Part shown: positions 1 to 12,255 of the stretch, piece after piece
Layout of the letters: each line of letters starts with the position of its first letter
Numbering within the stretch: the first letter of the stretch is position 1
From: Podarcis melisellensis
Taxonomy: Eukaryota
Assembly: GCA_964234715.1 (NCBI GenBank)
Contig: OZ174277.1
DNA length: 64,000 nucleotides
Reading direction: 5' to 3' (one strand)
Notes under the pieces: generated by a model
Seen by the model: the letters and a program-made list of their open reading frames with translations, nothing else
What the model was told of the DNA's origin: nothing
Databases searched by the model: none
Program-made: the position numbers and the translations under genes

Positions 1-78
1 ATATGCTTTCATCTTTGGCAGTAGAAAAGCTCTCGCACTGGCTAATGTTATGTAAGGATGTCCTTGCCGCATCCAGTG
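1..78 (+). CDS. HEATR5B: HEATR5B internal coding exon (5' end outside window)
   Basis: Frame from position 3 reads [25 protein letters not shown]; donor G|GTAAGT at 79 (phase 1) joins the next exon in frame. Confidence 0.88.
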
Positions 79-149
79 GTAAGTATCTGAAAATGACCAT
101 GTTTTGACTCTTGTAATTCCTTTAGAAGCTTTTTATTTAGCAGACTTTT

Positions 150-263
150 CCATCAAGTATGCCTATGGCATTAAAGGAAGTCATGGTCCAGCCTCTACTG
201 AAGAAAACCTTGTTTAACATCTGGGAACAACAATTGTCCAATGTCTAATATTTATCTTTTGGG
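150..263 (+). mobile_element. Decayed L2/CR1-group LINE RT remnant
   Basis: Translates in pieces to LKEVMVQPLLKK...NNCPMSNIYLLG, resembling the LKEAxVxPLLKK...NYRPVSNLPFLG motif of L2 RTs. Confidence 0.45.
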
Positions 264-384
264 TTGTTGTTGTTGTTTAGTCGTTTAGTCGTGTCTGACA
301 CTTCATGACCCCATGGACCAGAGCACGCCAGGCACTCCTGTCTTCCACTGCCTCCCGCAGTTTGATCAAACTCATGTTAAGTAC
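264..384 (-). mobile_element. BovB (RTE) LINE 3' terminal fragment with (AAC)n tail
   Basis: Minus strand encodes MSLIKLREAVEDRSAWRALVHGVMKCQTRLND*, a typical BovB ORF C-terminus, then (AAC)n; flanked by TCTTTTGGG at 255-263 and 385-393. Confidence 0.8.
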
Positions 385-393
385 TCTTTTGGG

Positions 394-769
394 CAGTGGC
401 GTCACAACGGGGGGCGGAGGGCCCCGGGTGTCTTGTCTGGGGGGGGTGACAAGAAGGCACCCCACAGGGGCTCTCAGCGGCGCGAGCAGCCATTGCTCCG
501 CTGCGGCCGCATGTGGAGGATGCTCCATTCGAGGCTGCAGTTGCGAGCAGAGGATCCCGGCGCCATCCATACAGCGCTGGAGCGGCGCCGCCGGGCCCGG
601 CAAACCACTATGTACAGTACATGGGTGGTTTCACTATGTACAGTACATGTGCGGTTTCACTATGTACAGTACATGTGCGGTTTCACTATGTACCGCACAT
701 GCACTGTATGTAGTGACACTGCACATGCACCCTACATAGCAGGTGTCACGACGCCTTCGTTCGCCCCTG
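394..769. mobile_element. Non-autonomous hAT-like DNA transposon (376 bp)
   Basis: 8-bp direct repeat CTTTTGGG at 386-393 and 770-777; ends CAGTGGCG.../...CGCCCCTG form short imperfect TIRs; CpG-rich interior. Confidence 0.7.
606..693. repeat. 26-bp minisatellite, about 3.4 copies
   Basis: CACTATGTACAGTACATG(T/G)G(C/T)GGTTT starting at 606, 632, 658 and 684 (partial). Confidence 0.9.
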
Positions 770-1256
770 CTTTTGGGTACCCAGTCTTGTTAGATGCATA
801 GGTCACGTAAGTAGTGAGGAGTGCCTTTTTCCAGCTATGACTGGTGCACCAACTGCTACACCCCCACCTAACAAAATTGAACCCTTCTATTCATGCTCAA
901 GTGACCTCTGATAAGGCTACTGGAACATGCTGTAAGGACTAGATGCACAGTAATCTAACTGAGGCCTCATCCATCTGGAATTATGTATTATTGGAAGCTT
1001 TTTCCCCCAGGCTGTAAAGGTCAGCCTTTAAAGTTTTATTTAGGTGCTGATTTGTGTTTTCACTAATACATGAGGGCCTCATAATTTCAGTGGAGCCTGA
1101 GGCATATTAGAAAGTCACTGCTACAGTGTTTTATAGGTAGCTTAGGAGGTGCTTGGTGTGTTGATAAAACTGTCTTCAGAAGATTATTTATGAGCTACTA
1201 ATATGCAAATGAAAGAACTCTTGAGTCACTGATCTGTTGATCCCAGTTTCTTCTAG

Positions 1257-1310
1257 GAACATTTCAAATAGAAATTGGAGCCAAGAACATTTCAAATAGA
1301 AATTGGAGCC
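1257..1310. repeat. Tandem duplication (26-bp identical unit, period 28)
   Basis: GAACATTTCAAATAGAAATTGGAGCC at 1257-1282 and 1285-1310. Confidence 0.9.
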
Positions 1311-2124
1311 TGGCTTGGAGCCAGGGTATGAACTGGGCTATTGACATCTCCTGAATTTTGTTAGCTTGTATTTATCAGTGCTGTGGAATCATTCTAGATT
1401 CTTGCCAAATATTTTCTTGTAAATATAGTGCCCTGCCAATATTTGTATCATAGGCCAAAAGAATTGTGGTGAGACTTTACATATGTTTTAAAAGGCCCTG
1501 ATATTGTCTCGCTAGATTGACTTCAAAGCGCCATCTTCATCATTTTTGAGGTGTAAGCATGCATTTCTTACTATGTCTCTTTAGAGAAATACATTTTTCC
1601 TGTAAAATACCAAGATGTTTCTGGGCTTGATTGCGAAAAGAACTATAGTTCAACAAGTTTGCCACTGTCATTTCTTGCATTTGTTACCTAGTGTCAGTTT
1701 TCCCCAATGCAAGAATAAAAGGTTTGCTATTCTGATATCGGACTGAATTAAATTGATATGTCAGCTGATTTTCAGTGGGTCTACTCTAACTAAATTTAAC
1801 TATTGTTCATAGGGTTTTAGTACTGTTGAACTGGTTTGGTATTTTTTCTGTAAAAAAGTCATACGGAAAGGTTTTGTTATGCTTTTTTAAAATAGCTTTT
1901 CAGTGAAAATGAAGACAATTTTATTATCTCAAGCTTCTAGGTGGATAATTTAATACTGATTCTGTTGTTTTATTGCTGGTTTCCTTTTAATGCTGCTTTA
2001 CTTTGTGTTTATTAGTACATATAATTACATTTTATTCTTCTTGGGAGATGTCCTGCAAGTTGCTCTACTGAAAGCTGGGATAAAAATGTTTTAAATGAAT
2101 AATAGATCCTTTCTTATTTTGCAG

Positions 2125-2376
2125 ATATGACCACTACAGCTCCTTTGGGAGGTGAAAAAGATGAAGATTCAGAGAAAAAAGATGAAATGGATGATGATAT
2201 GATGTTTACTACACTGGGTGAAGAAGACAAAACAAAGCCTTCTGTAGCTCCTCGCTGGGCTACTCGAGTATTTGCTGCTGATTGCCTGTGTCGAATTATT
2301 ATGCTATGTGAAAATGCAAATAAAGCCCACTTTGATCTAGCTCTTGCCCGTTCTGCCAAACTCAGAAATCCTAAAA
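2125..2376 (+). CDS. HEATR5B: HEATR5B coding exon
   Basis: tttgcag acceptor; [84 protein letters not shown]; A|GTAAG donor. Confidence 0.93.
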
Positions 2377-3942
2377 GTAAGAGAGACTGGTATCTTTTTT
2401 CCTCTCTGTGTGTGTGTTTCTTCTCTAGAATAACTACTTAATTATAGGTAACTATAGCCCCTTATCTGATTCTACTCTAATAAAATCCTATAGGGCATAC
2501 AGTTGAAAATTCAAGGTCTCTTAATGAGCCTCATCTCTGATCAGGGATTCAGTGTGTGTTTGTTGCCCATTTTGAGGTTTCAGGTGGCTTTTTCCTGCAG
2601 ATGTAGACAGGTTTGCACTCACACAGAGAGGCTAAGTATTAACAGTCCATTGATTCTGACATTTTTATGAGCAGAGGCATTTTTTTCTCCAGTGGTCATC
2701 CTTTTCTAAGATCGGCAATTAAGAGACAGTTGGAATGACCATTAGTCTGTGAAAAACTGTTGTGCCTTTTCATCTTGACATTGACTTGCTTCACCTTTTG
2801 CCTGTTGTTGCTGTTGAGGGGTCCTGGGGCAAGGAAAAGTCCATTCTGTCTTTGTGCTCACTCTGCTCCTGGTTGCCTTGTCAGCCAGGATGCTGCTGAT
2901 ATTTCCAGAGGAGGAGGAGAGTGGAAACAGCTGCTGCTAATTGACTTGCATTCCAGCCCACAGACTGAGATAGGAGGGCCAAGGAAGTGCAGACCTTTCT
3001 GAGGTTGCTGTGAAGGCATCACCACATTTTATTTTGTACTGTTGAATGTGCTCAGTAGGAGAATGTAAGTAATGTATCATAGGGTGGCAACAGGAATTAT
3101 ATATTCGCAGCCCAGAGTAAGAGACTGAGTTGCAATGCTTTTGTGTTTCAAAGTTACTTAATACCAGTTTGGTCCTAACTGGGTGAGAGATGGAGTGATT
3201 TGGGAGTGGTTGTATTGCTGCTTATACAATACTGTATTACCCTAGCTGGAGGTAGGTGAATGAGCTGGTTGTAAACTATACTTAACACAGGCGTATATTC
3301 TTGTAGACCAGATGTTCACTTTGTAATAAATAGTTAGGGATTAGCTGTGCATTATCTGTATGGTTGGTGGGAATGCATGAGGTTTGTTTGTATGTGCATG
3401 GTTGCTAAGAATGTATTTGAGATATGCTGCTGTGGGGGAGTGTAGGTGCAGCTTCTATCTCAGGCATTTGTGTGGTTGCTAATGCTGTTTTGTAGGGGTT
3501 TGTTGTATTTTTGTATACAATTTTAGTCTGTAATTTTTTATGTTTGAGAATTTTGTATTTGATCTTCATGTGCAATGTTTTATTTTGATATTTTGTTATG
3601 CTTTACGTGATGTTTTAAGCTAGGTTGTAAACCACTTTGAGATTATTCTTATTTAAATAAATGGAAATCATTTAAATAAATAGTGGTAGGAAAACAAAGG
3701 AGTAAAAGGGAAAACCAGTTTGTAACCTGAAAGCTAAGCTGCTGTTCTGGGCATAGGCTGTGGCTACTCTTGTAAATATCTGGGAGCTTCAGTTGGTACA
3801 TCAGGATGACATGGCTCCCTCCATTGGCCTAATATGTTTGGACATCGTTATATTGGTGTATTATGTATGTGTCTTGTGCATATACCCTTCTGATCTCTGA
3901 TCTCTTATTTCATTTCTTCCCCCCAATGTGTAATTGAAGATA

Positions 3943-4126
3943 TCTAGGGTGAATTAACCATTCCCTGTTATATCTGAACCAGGAAACTATACTTACCAGA
4001 TTTGGATGAAACTAGGGTCTGAAACCACAGTTTGAAGTTGGTTTCAGATCATGGTTTGGTCTAAGTCCAGTAAGCTTAGGTTCCTGGTTCAGAAATAATG
4101 GGAAATTATGACTAAATCACCCTAGA
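3943..4126. mobile_element. Old foldback/palindromic MITE-like element
   Basis: Nested inverted arms: TCTAGGGTGA/TCACCCTAGA, TCTGAACCAGGAA/TTCCTGGTTCAGA, TCTGAAACCA/TGGTTTCAGA. Confidence 0.65.
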
Positions 4127-4703
4127 AGTGTTCAGTCACAGCATGACAAGAAGTGAGGCAGAGTGACACAAGGACAAAGTATGCAGACACAACCTTCATG
4201 CAGATTTTGGTTTAGTGAGCTGAGATATATATGATTGAATTGGATCTGAAATATTTTGTTCTGGCACGTTAGTATTTACCATGAAGTCTTATCAACAGGT
4301 GTTCATAATGATTGCTGACTTATATGTCCAGATTCAGAGGTGGTATGCCTCCGAATACCTTTTCCTGGGTGGCAAAAGCAAGGAGGTATAGCAGTGGGTT
4401 GAAAGCAAAGCAGTTGACTTCAGATTCTGCTTGTGGGCATTTCAGAAGCATCAGATAGGCTACTATTGATAATATGGAATGTAAAAGAATTCTTTAAAAA
4501 TTATGTGATACTTAAAGTTAGGCACATTTTACAATTTAGATGAAAATAATGTTGGAAATTTTGATTATCGCTTTTAAAGCCTGCATATTGAAATAGGTCA
4601 TTCCACTGACTCCTTGTACTGATGATTTCTTTTAGATTAAATAAAATGGTAATATAATTATCTGCAAAAATCCTATGCGAATTAAGTTTAACATTGAATA
4701 AAT

Positions 4704-4706
4704 TGT

Positions 4707-4776
<70 letters not shown>
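4704..4776. repeat. Compound microsatellite (TG)n(AG)n
   Basis: Direct inspection. Confidence 0.95.
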
Positions 4777-4779
<3 letters not shown>

Positions 4780-5157
4780 GCAACAAAGGTGATGACTTTA
4801 TAGATTGTTATATTTTTCATCTTTTCTCCTCCTGGCATTCTTTCAATAGATTTGTTTATGGTCTGAATTAAGCTTTTGTTTCTTGTGTGAATGAATTGCT
4901 CCTTTAATCTAAAATATCCAATGGGTGAACCTTAGAAGTGATCACATGCTCTGTTGTAAACAATAGGCACTGTGAATTTGCTAACTGCAGTTTGGATTTT
5001 CTGTAGATGCAACATTATTATCATTTCAAATCCTATTTTAAGGAGAATAGTTCAGAATTCTTGAGAGATATTGGCTCTTAAGGTGGTACTTTTGCTCATT
5101 TTTTCTATTTTGCTTTGCTTAGACTATATCATATGTCTATATTATAATGTACGGTAG

Positions 5158-5553
<396 letters not shown>

Positions 5554-5976
5554 TGAAGCTCTCATACAGGTCTAGGCTCATTATATGTGAAGACTGACAG
5601 CTCCCCCTTTTAATCTTCTTAACCTACCAATTCACATTTGGAAAGTCATAAAAGTTGAGTCAGTAGCCATGGCTAGGTCAGCTTGAATGGTGATGAGCAA
5701 TTGACTCCCTTTCTCCATGATTTATAATATTACTACAATCAGCATTATCTGCCATAGCAGTTGCAAAACGAAACTTGTGACTTCTTTGGAGACGCATTTG
5801 CTTCTAAAATTAGATGTCTTTTTCCACTGAAAAAAATGATTAATAGTGTCTGTCGTATAATTATGACAGTTACGAAGGTTAATTAGCTGCAAAGGTTAAT
5901 TAATGCAAAGTGTCTAAATTCCTGTTACAAGAGTGGGTGTAGGGCATGGTTTCATCAATTTTCCTTTCTCACACAG

Positions 5977-6045
5977 GTTGGAGCTGCTTTAAGGCCAGCT
6001 TTTTCACAGGACACCCCTTCTGATATTACAGCAAAAGCTTGCCAG
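5977..6045 (+). CDS. HEATR5B: HEATR5B coding exon (69 nt, not in ORF track)
   Basis: Pyrimidine tract plus acacag acceptor; [23 protein letters not shown]; CAG|GTACAA donor; phase 0-0. Confidence 0.93.
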
Positions 6046-7626
6046 GTACAAAGAAAATCATGGTTGTCAGATGGAGAGAGAAATGAATACTAGCCAAAAC
6101 TGGGAGGGCGCATCATATTAAGAAAGCATCTTATCTCTTTGTGAATGAAGATAGGCCTGCGCTGGCTCTTAGGACTGGCATTTTTTAAAGGTTTTGCAGT
6201 TAATAGTTAGGTGTTGCAGTTCTTCAGAGTAGAGCCAGCTTGCAGCTAGTTGAGCAAGAAGGGGCACGGAGTGCAAGAGCAGAAGATGAGGAGGAGAGGA
6301 ATGGAGCGTGGAGCAGGAACAGAAAAGCAGGCGAAAAGGGGGCAGTGGGAGAGGAGGAGAGGGTGCCTGGGCCAGTCTCAGATAGTGCAATGTCTTGCAC
6401 AGGGTCTGTGGAGGTGATGTGAAAGACTTGTGCCTAAGAACCTGAAGAACCACCTGCCAATCAGAATAGATAATACTGGGATTTGATGTGCAGTGATCTG
6501 ACGTGGTATAAGTCATCTTCCTTTGATCTGTAGCCAGATAAGGGTTATAAACCCTCTGCATCGTTGCCCTTTCTTTGCCCTATGTGCATTTTCTGGTAAG
6601 ATCTGCTCAGGGATGCCCACCAGGGACGGGATTGTATGGAGGAGGCATACAGTTCCTTGATTTATTAGGAGAATGAGGAATCCAGTTATATAGCAAATTC
6701 ATGGTCTGACTTCAAAGTTATTTTATTGTGTTCAGTCATATAAAGGGCAGAAGATCCTTAAACACCACTGGATTTCCCTTTAGCTAGCAGGTAAACTGTG
6801 CTTAAGATGCACCATCTGATCAAGGAAGGAAGAGATGCTTTGGAAGTAGGCTGCTCCCATGATGTACTAGTTTGTGTCTTGCTTTCATCGAATACAATCA
6901 CAAGTGTTTATGCTCCCTTGTTATTTGTCTTCAGGCTTGTCTTTCTGCTTGTCTTCTTCCTTTTCACTTCTGTTTTATATTTTGTCTGATCTTTCTGGTT
7001 TGTCTTATTTCATGTTTTTTTTTAATCTACAGTATCATGTTCCTTCTTGGTCCACCCATCATTTTTGGTTGCACTGTTTCTCTACTGTTCACCATTTTGT
7101 TTCTTCACACTTTCAAAAAGCATTTTAAAAACTACCAAAAAAGTTCATTTCCCCCCCAGTTTATTGTTCACTTTGTGCCTATGTTTTTGGCCATTTACCC
7201 CCCCCCCCCGCCTTTATTACATGTGGTAAACTTGGTCTCTTGTTCCTCATAGTACCTAGCCAGTAGTGAATTGCAGATGGTATTGTGTAATGCAGTCACA
7301 TTAATGTTTGTAATTAAAAAGAACCATGAAAGTGTTGCTTAAAACAATTTGTAAGAAAATATTCCTGTGTTGAAAGTTCTTAATTTTTTTCTTAAAACCT
7401 CTCTGATCAATGCAGATTTGTCTAACTCAATTGTATTGGAATTTCCCATGTTATCATTTGAACATTTTGGTGAGGTGGGCTAGGTTGAGAAATGGAAATT
7501 AGCTCTAACTCACACTCTGGTCTTCATATTTGGGTGGAGTTTTGAGCCTAGACCAAGACTAACTGGTTCTCTGTGTGGAGGAATGCTTTCTTAAAAGGCA
7601 AGCTGGCTGTTTATATTGATTTTTAG

Positions 7627-7815
<189 letters not shown>

Positions 7816-8956
7816 TAAGAATAATAATATAAAAGCAGTTGCCTATTCTTGCTTTTCTGTGGAGTGGAATGCAATAGATGAAAAAATCAGTTGATCTGAT
7901 ATATTGTTTATTACATTGTATGGAAGACATACAACTACATGTGATAACTTAACGGAGATATACTATAGGTGGGGTTGCTGCTCTTTGTAAACATTCCAAT
8001 AATATTCTTCAGACAATGTATATTGAGGTTATTTTTAAAGGTTTCTAGCTGCTACTTGAAATGTCTATATAAAAGTTAACATATGAAGACATAAAGTGAT
8101 CCATTTATTACATATAATTTCATTGCATATAAAAATAAAATAATATGTGAGCTAGCATGATCCAGTATGTGAAGTGTTGAATTCAGAACTGGAAACATTC
8201 TAGCTCAGGTGTAGACTTGTTGTATGATCTTAGATAAATCCCTTATCTCAGCCTTCCTTGCCTCTAAGCAAAACAGTGTCAACAAAACAGTGAACTACTT
8301 GCCAGGATGAATGGAAAACGGTTTATGAAATCAGTTTTTCTGGTAAAAAATGCTGAAACAATACTTTAACTATATGAAGTATTTCTACTGGTTTTTATAT
8401 TTGCATAAGACACCTTATTAACATGTTATTTTGTGGTATTCCCTAGAGTTGCTGACATCATCAGCCAAGTTCTCTTTTTATTGTTTATAACAGGATATAT
8501 TCAGTTGGAGGAATTCAATATTGCACTAAGGCAAATGTTCCACTAGCACAATCATTTCAGCTTGCCAGTTCTAGGGGTTCTTCCAACATAAACATCCCAA
8601 GCCATGGGAAGCATACAGTGGGGAGGAGTGGGGCGAAAGCCCTATTGTGCAAGCAGAAGTCCTTGCACAGGGCTTCCAGTCAGGACTCATTAGGTGAACT
8701 CAGTCCAGGGGCTTTGAAACATGCAAAAGTTCTCTTGATCATGACTTTTCAACACCTTGAGGATATATACTTCTTTTAAAAAAGGTTTGTTAAACCTTAT
8801 GGGTTTGAGAATGGGGTTGAAAGTGTGCTGCAGAATTAATCTTTCTGACATACAATTTGGGTGACCATATTAAGAGGTGTGGGTTTTATTAGTGCAAAGA
8901 GCCTAGAATTTAAGGGAACATATATTTTAAGGATGGGTTACATTAATGACACTTAA

Positions 8957-9277
<321 letters not shown>

Positions 9278-9933
9278 TAGTTTAGAGTACAGTTATTATA
9301 ATAGTTTTGACATGTGGGTAGAAACTTTAAAAGACCAAGTTTAGGAAGGCTGAACAATGTCCATACCCTTGTTTTGCTATCATTTATAGGAAAAGACACA
9401 ACAGCACATTCCCAATGCACAAAGCATGAGCCTAATTTCCTTAGCTCTGGAGCACTTGAGCCAGAGTTGGAAGGTTTCGCTGACCATGGTTAGGAAGCTG
9501 TCTCGAGTTTGTTTTTTCACGTTTGCAGAATCAAATAGTAACATCGAATGTCTGAATGAAATCAAACAGATTGTTCATATCGTCCTACATAACCTCAAAC
9601 ATAGTGTTCTTCAGTAAATTTGGTTCCTGCAATAATCTCTGAAATGGAGTGATAAATGAACAATTCGTGGATTCGTAATATATGAACTAGCCCAGGATGC
9701 CATGTTTCTGGCAGTGGGACGGTCAGAATGATAGACTTCACTGATAGTGAGCCACCATGTGAAGAATTCTATAAGCATGTGAGTTTGGGCCTAGTTTGCA
9801 GAGGCATGTTAGCAGAAATTCTAAGATGTAGTTGATATTAGCAAAATATTTAAAATGATAATGCACTTTTTTACTCAGTTCCTTTCTGCCTCCATCGTCA
9901 TGCTGAAATCTAGTGTAATATTTTGCCTGACAG

Positions 9934-10194
9934 GTGGAGCATTTTACACTCCAGAGACAATTGATACAGCTAGACTGCATTACCGGAATTCATGGACCCC
10001 AATTCTACATGCAATTGCACTGTGGTTGAATAGTACAGGATTTAATGGTTCTGAATCAACAGAAGATGTGTCGGCAGCAATACCGAATCCACAGAAACGT
10101 GCCACATCCATTATGTTAAACCCAGCACCAGGAACACCACCATCCACCAAACCTTTGCAAGAGATAAACAAAGATCGAATGCATTTGATTTTGG
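9934..10194 (+). CDS. HEATR5B: HEATR5B coding exon
   Basis: tgacag acceptor; [36 protein letters not shown]...[10 protein letters not shown]; G|GTAATA donor. Confidence 0.94.
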
Positions 10195-10538
10195 GTAATA
10201 TCTTGTGTTGTTGTTTCAGAATTCTGTAGTGGTGCTTTATATCATCAGGTAGCAATATTTCCTATTTTAATGGACTCTAGCTTTGTGACAGCACCAGAAA
10301 CAGAAGCATTCTAGCTTTCAGAACTCGGGATGCCTAAGTGTTTGTGTTTCAGCCTGAGACTCTTGACTTGCTGATGGCTGCAATAGTATTGTGCACAGTC
10401 ATCTCATGTAAAAACAATTAAAACTAGTGTTTTATGTATGCACAGCAATATGCAATAATAGTTTTTTAAATACAGTAAACCCTTTACTAGTCACTGTTGT
10501 TCTGCTTTGTCTAAAATCTAAAATAATTTGCTTTTCAG

Positions 10539-10666
10539 GTGTTAGTATACAGTTTCTCTGCTCTCCACGACCAGAAGAGCCTGTTGAACATGTTACATCC
10601 TGTTTACAAGCTCTGCACACTTTATTGGATTCCCCTTGTGCTAGAACCCACATTGCTGAGGATCAG
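10539..10666 (+). CDS. HEATR5B: HEATR5B coding exon
   Basis: ttttcag acceptor; [43 protein letters not shown]; CAG|GTATTA donor. Confidence 0.94.
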
Positions 10667-11039
10667 GTATTATCACTGAAGTCTATAACTGCAAACTAGG
10701 ATAGCCATCTGATTATGCAGAAAGTAAAGCAGATTGCTGGAACAATAAATTAAATGAAGGTTTCATGTATTGGTCATGGAATGGAAAAGTTTGTGAAATT
10801 GACAAATTGATTAACATTGACTAATATGTTTTGTCCTGATTTTTCTCAATTTAAATATTAATTATGAGGAAAAAACAGAACCAAATTTGTACTTTCAACC
10901 TTTTATTCAATAAATGCCAGCTCGGACACACTGAAACAGGTGCAGCGGTGTGAACCTAATGAACATTTGGGCAAAAACTAATCAAGTTAGCTGAGAGAGT
11001 TAAGCATATCGGAATTAAAAATGCTTAACTTTGGCTGAA

Positions 11040-11375
11040 TGATAATAATAATAAATAATAAAATTTTATTTATATCCCGCCCTCCCCAGCCGAAGCTGGG
11101 CTCAGAGCAGCTAACAACAGTAAAATGATAAAACATTCTAAAATCATTTCATTAATTCAAAACAGATTAATGGCAACCATTAGGCTAGAGTTTTGTGAGG
11201 ATTGCCAAAGGAGGGAGTCAGGCTGTGCCCCAGCCAAAGGCCTGGAGGAACAGCTCTGTCTTGCAGGCCCTGCAGAAAGATGTCAATTCCTGCAGGGCCC
11301 TAGTCTCTTGTGACAGAGCATTCCACCAGATCGGAGCCAAAGCTGAAAAAGCCCTGGCTCTGGTTGAGGCCAGGT
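11040..11375 (-). mobile_element. L2 LINE 3' fragment
   Basis: (TAA)-rich tail then TTTATATCCCGCCC..., and ...GCATTCCACCAG...GAAAAAGCCCTG, typical reverse-strand lizard L2 3' end. Confidence 0.65.
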
Positions 11376-11447
11376 TGATGCATATGGCATGCATCTGGTT
11401 TATGCATTTGGTAAGTGCTTTATTTAAAGTGGTGAATGCACAGAATA

Positions 11448-11689
11448 CAGTGGTACCTCGGGTTACATAGGCTTCAGGTTACATACACTTCAGGTTACAG
11501 ACTCTTCAAACCCAGAAATATTACCTTGGGTTAAGAACTTTGCTTCAGGATGAGAACAGAAATTGTGCTCCAGCCTTGTGGCGGCAGCAGGAGGCCCCAT
11601 TAGCTAAAGTGGTGCTTCAGGTTAAGAACAGTTTCAGGTTAAGAACTGACTTCTGGAACAAATTAAGTAGGTAACCAGAGGTACCACTG
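11448..11689. mobile_element. Tc1/mariner (Tigger-like) MITE, 242 bp
   Basis: TA|CAGTGGTACCTC...GAGGTACCACTG|TA; internal TTCAGGTTA repeats; same family as 39233-39474. Confidence 0.88.
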
Positions 11690-11805
11690 TAAGTCTTTCA
11701 GATGTAGATTAAATGAGACATAAGGGATTACAGCAAAGTAGGATAGCTTTATTATTAAAGCTTATGATCATATGCAACTTTGAAAAAAACTTTTTTTCTT
11801 GCTAG

Positions 11806-11950
11806 CTCCTTGGTGTTGAACTTTTGAGTGTGCTGCATCGACTCCTCTTGACCTGCAATCCTCCTTCAGTCCAACTGCTAGTTACTGGTGTTGTGCAGCA
11901 GATTGTAAGAGCTGCTCAAGATCATCTACAAGAAAAAAGAAACACTATGA
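11806..11950 (+). CDS. HEATR5B: HEATR5B coding exon (not in ORF track)
   Basis: ttttcttgctag acceptor; [48 protein letters not shown]; A|GTGAGA donor. Confidence 0.92.
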
Positions 11951-12204
11951 GTGAGATATGTTACCTTAATTTTGGGTTTCAGAAATAATGAAGTATATTA
12001 GAACAAAGTTTTGTTTGTAAAGATGGGATATTTCAAACTGTATCTTTCTTCATCCTATTTATATTCATTTTGCACACTTAACAAACCTAAACTAAGTTGA
12101 ATCATTTAGTATACTTTGGTGCATTTCAATAACACAAGAGAATCAAAATATTTCTATATTTCCTTACATTTGTAAAAGGAAACAGCTTTAACACTATTTC
12201 ACTT

Positions 12205-12206
<2 letters not shown>

Positions 12207-12255
<49 letters not shown>

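Noticed and set aside
606-693. Palindromic 26-bp repeats as a CRISPR-like array
   Set aside because: Units are directly adjacent with no unique spacers, there are no cas genes, and the context is a vertebrate intron inside a TSD-flanked transposon.
277-801. Overlapping 100-160 aa ORFs
   Set aside because: They arise from GC-rich transposon sequence and the minisatellite; only the last roughly 33 codons of the minus ORF are real BovB coding remnant.
6798-7252. Hydrophobic ORFs resembling membrane proteins
   Set aside because: T-rich low-complexity intron sequence gives Phe/Leu-rich ORFs in all frames; no recognisable domain or splice context.
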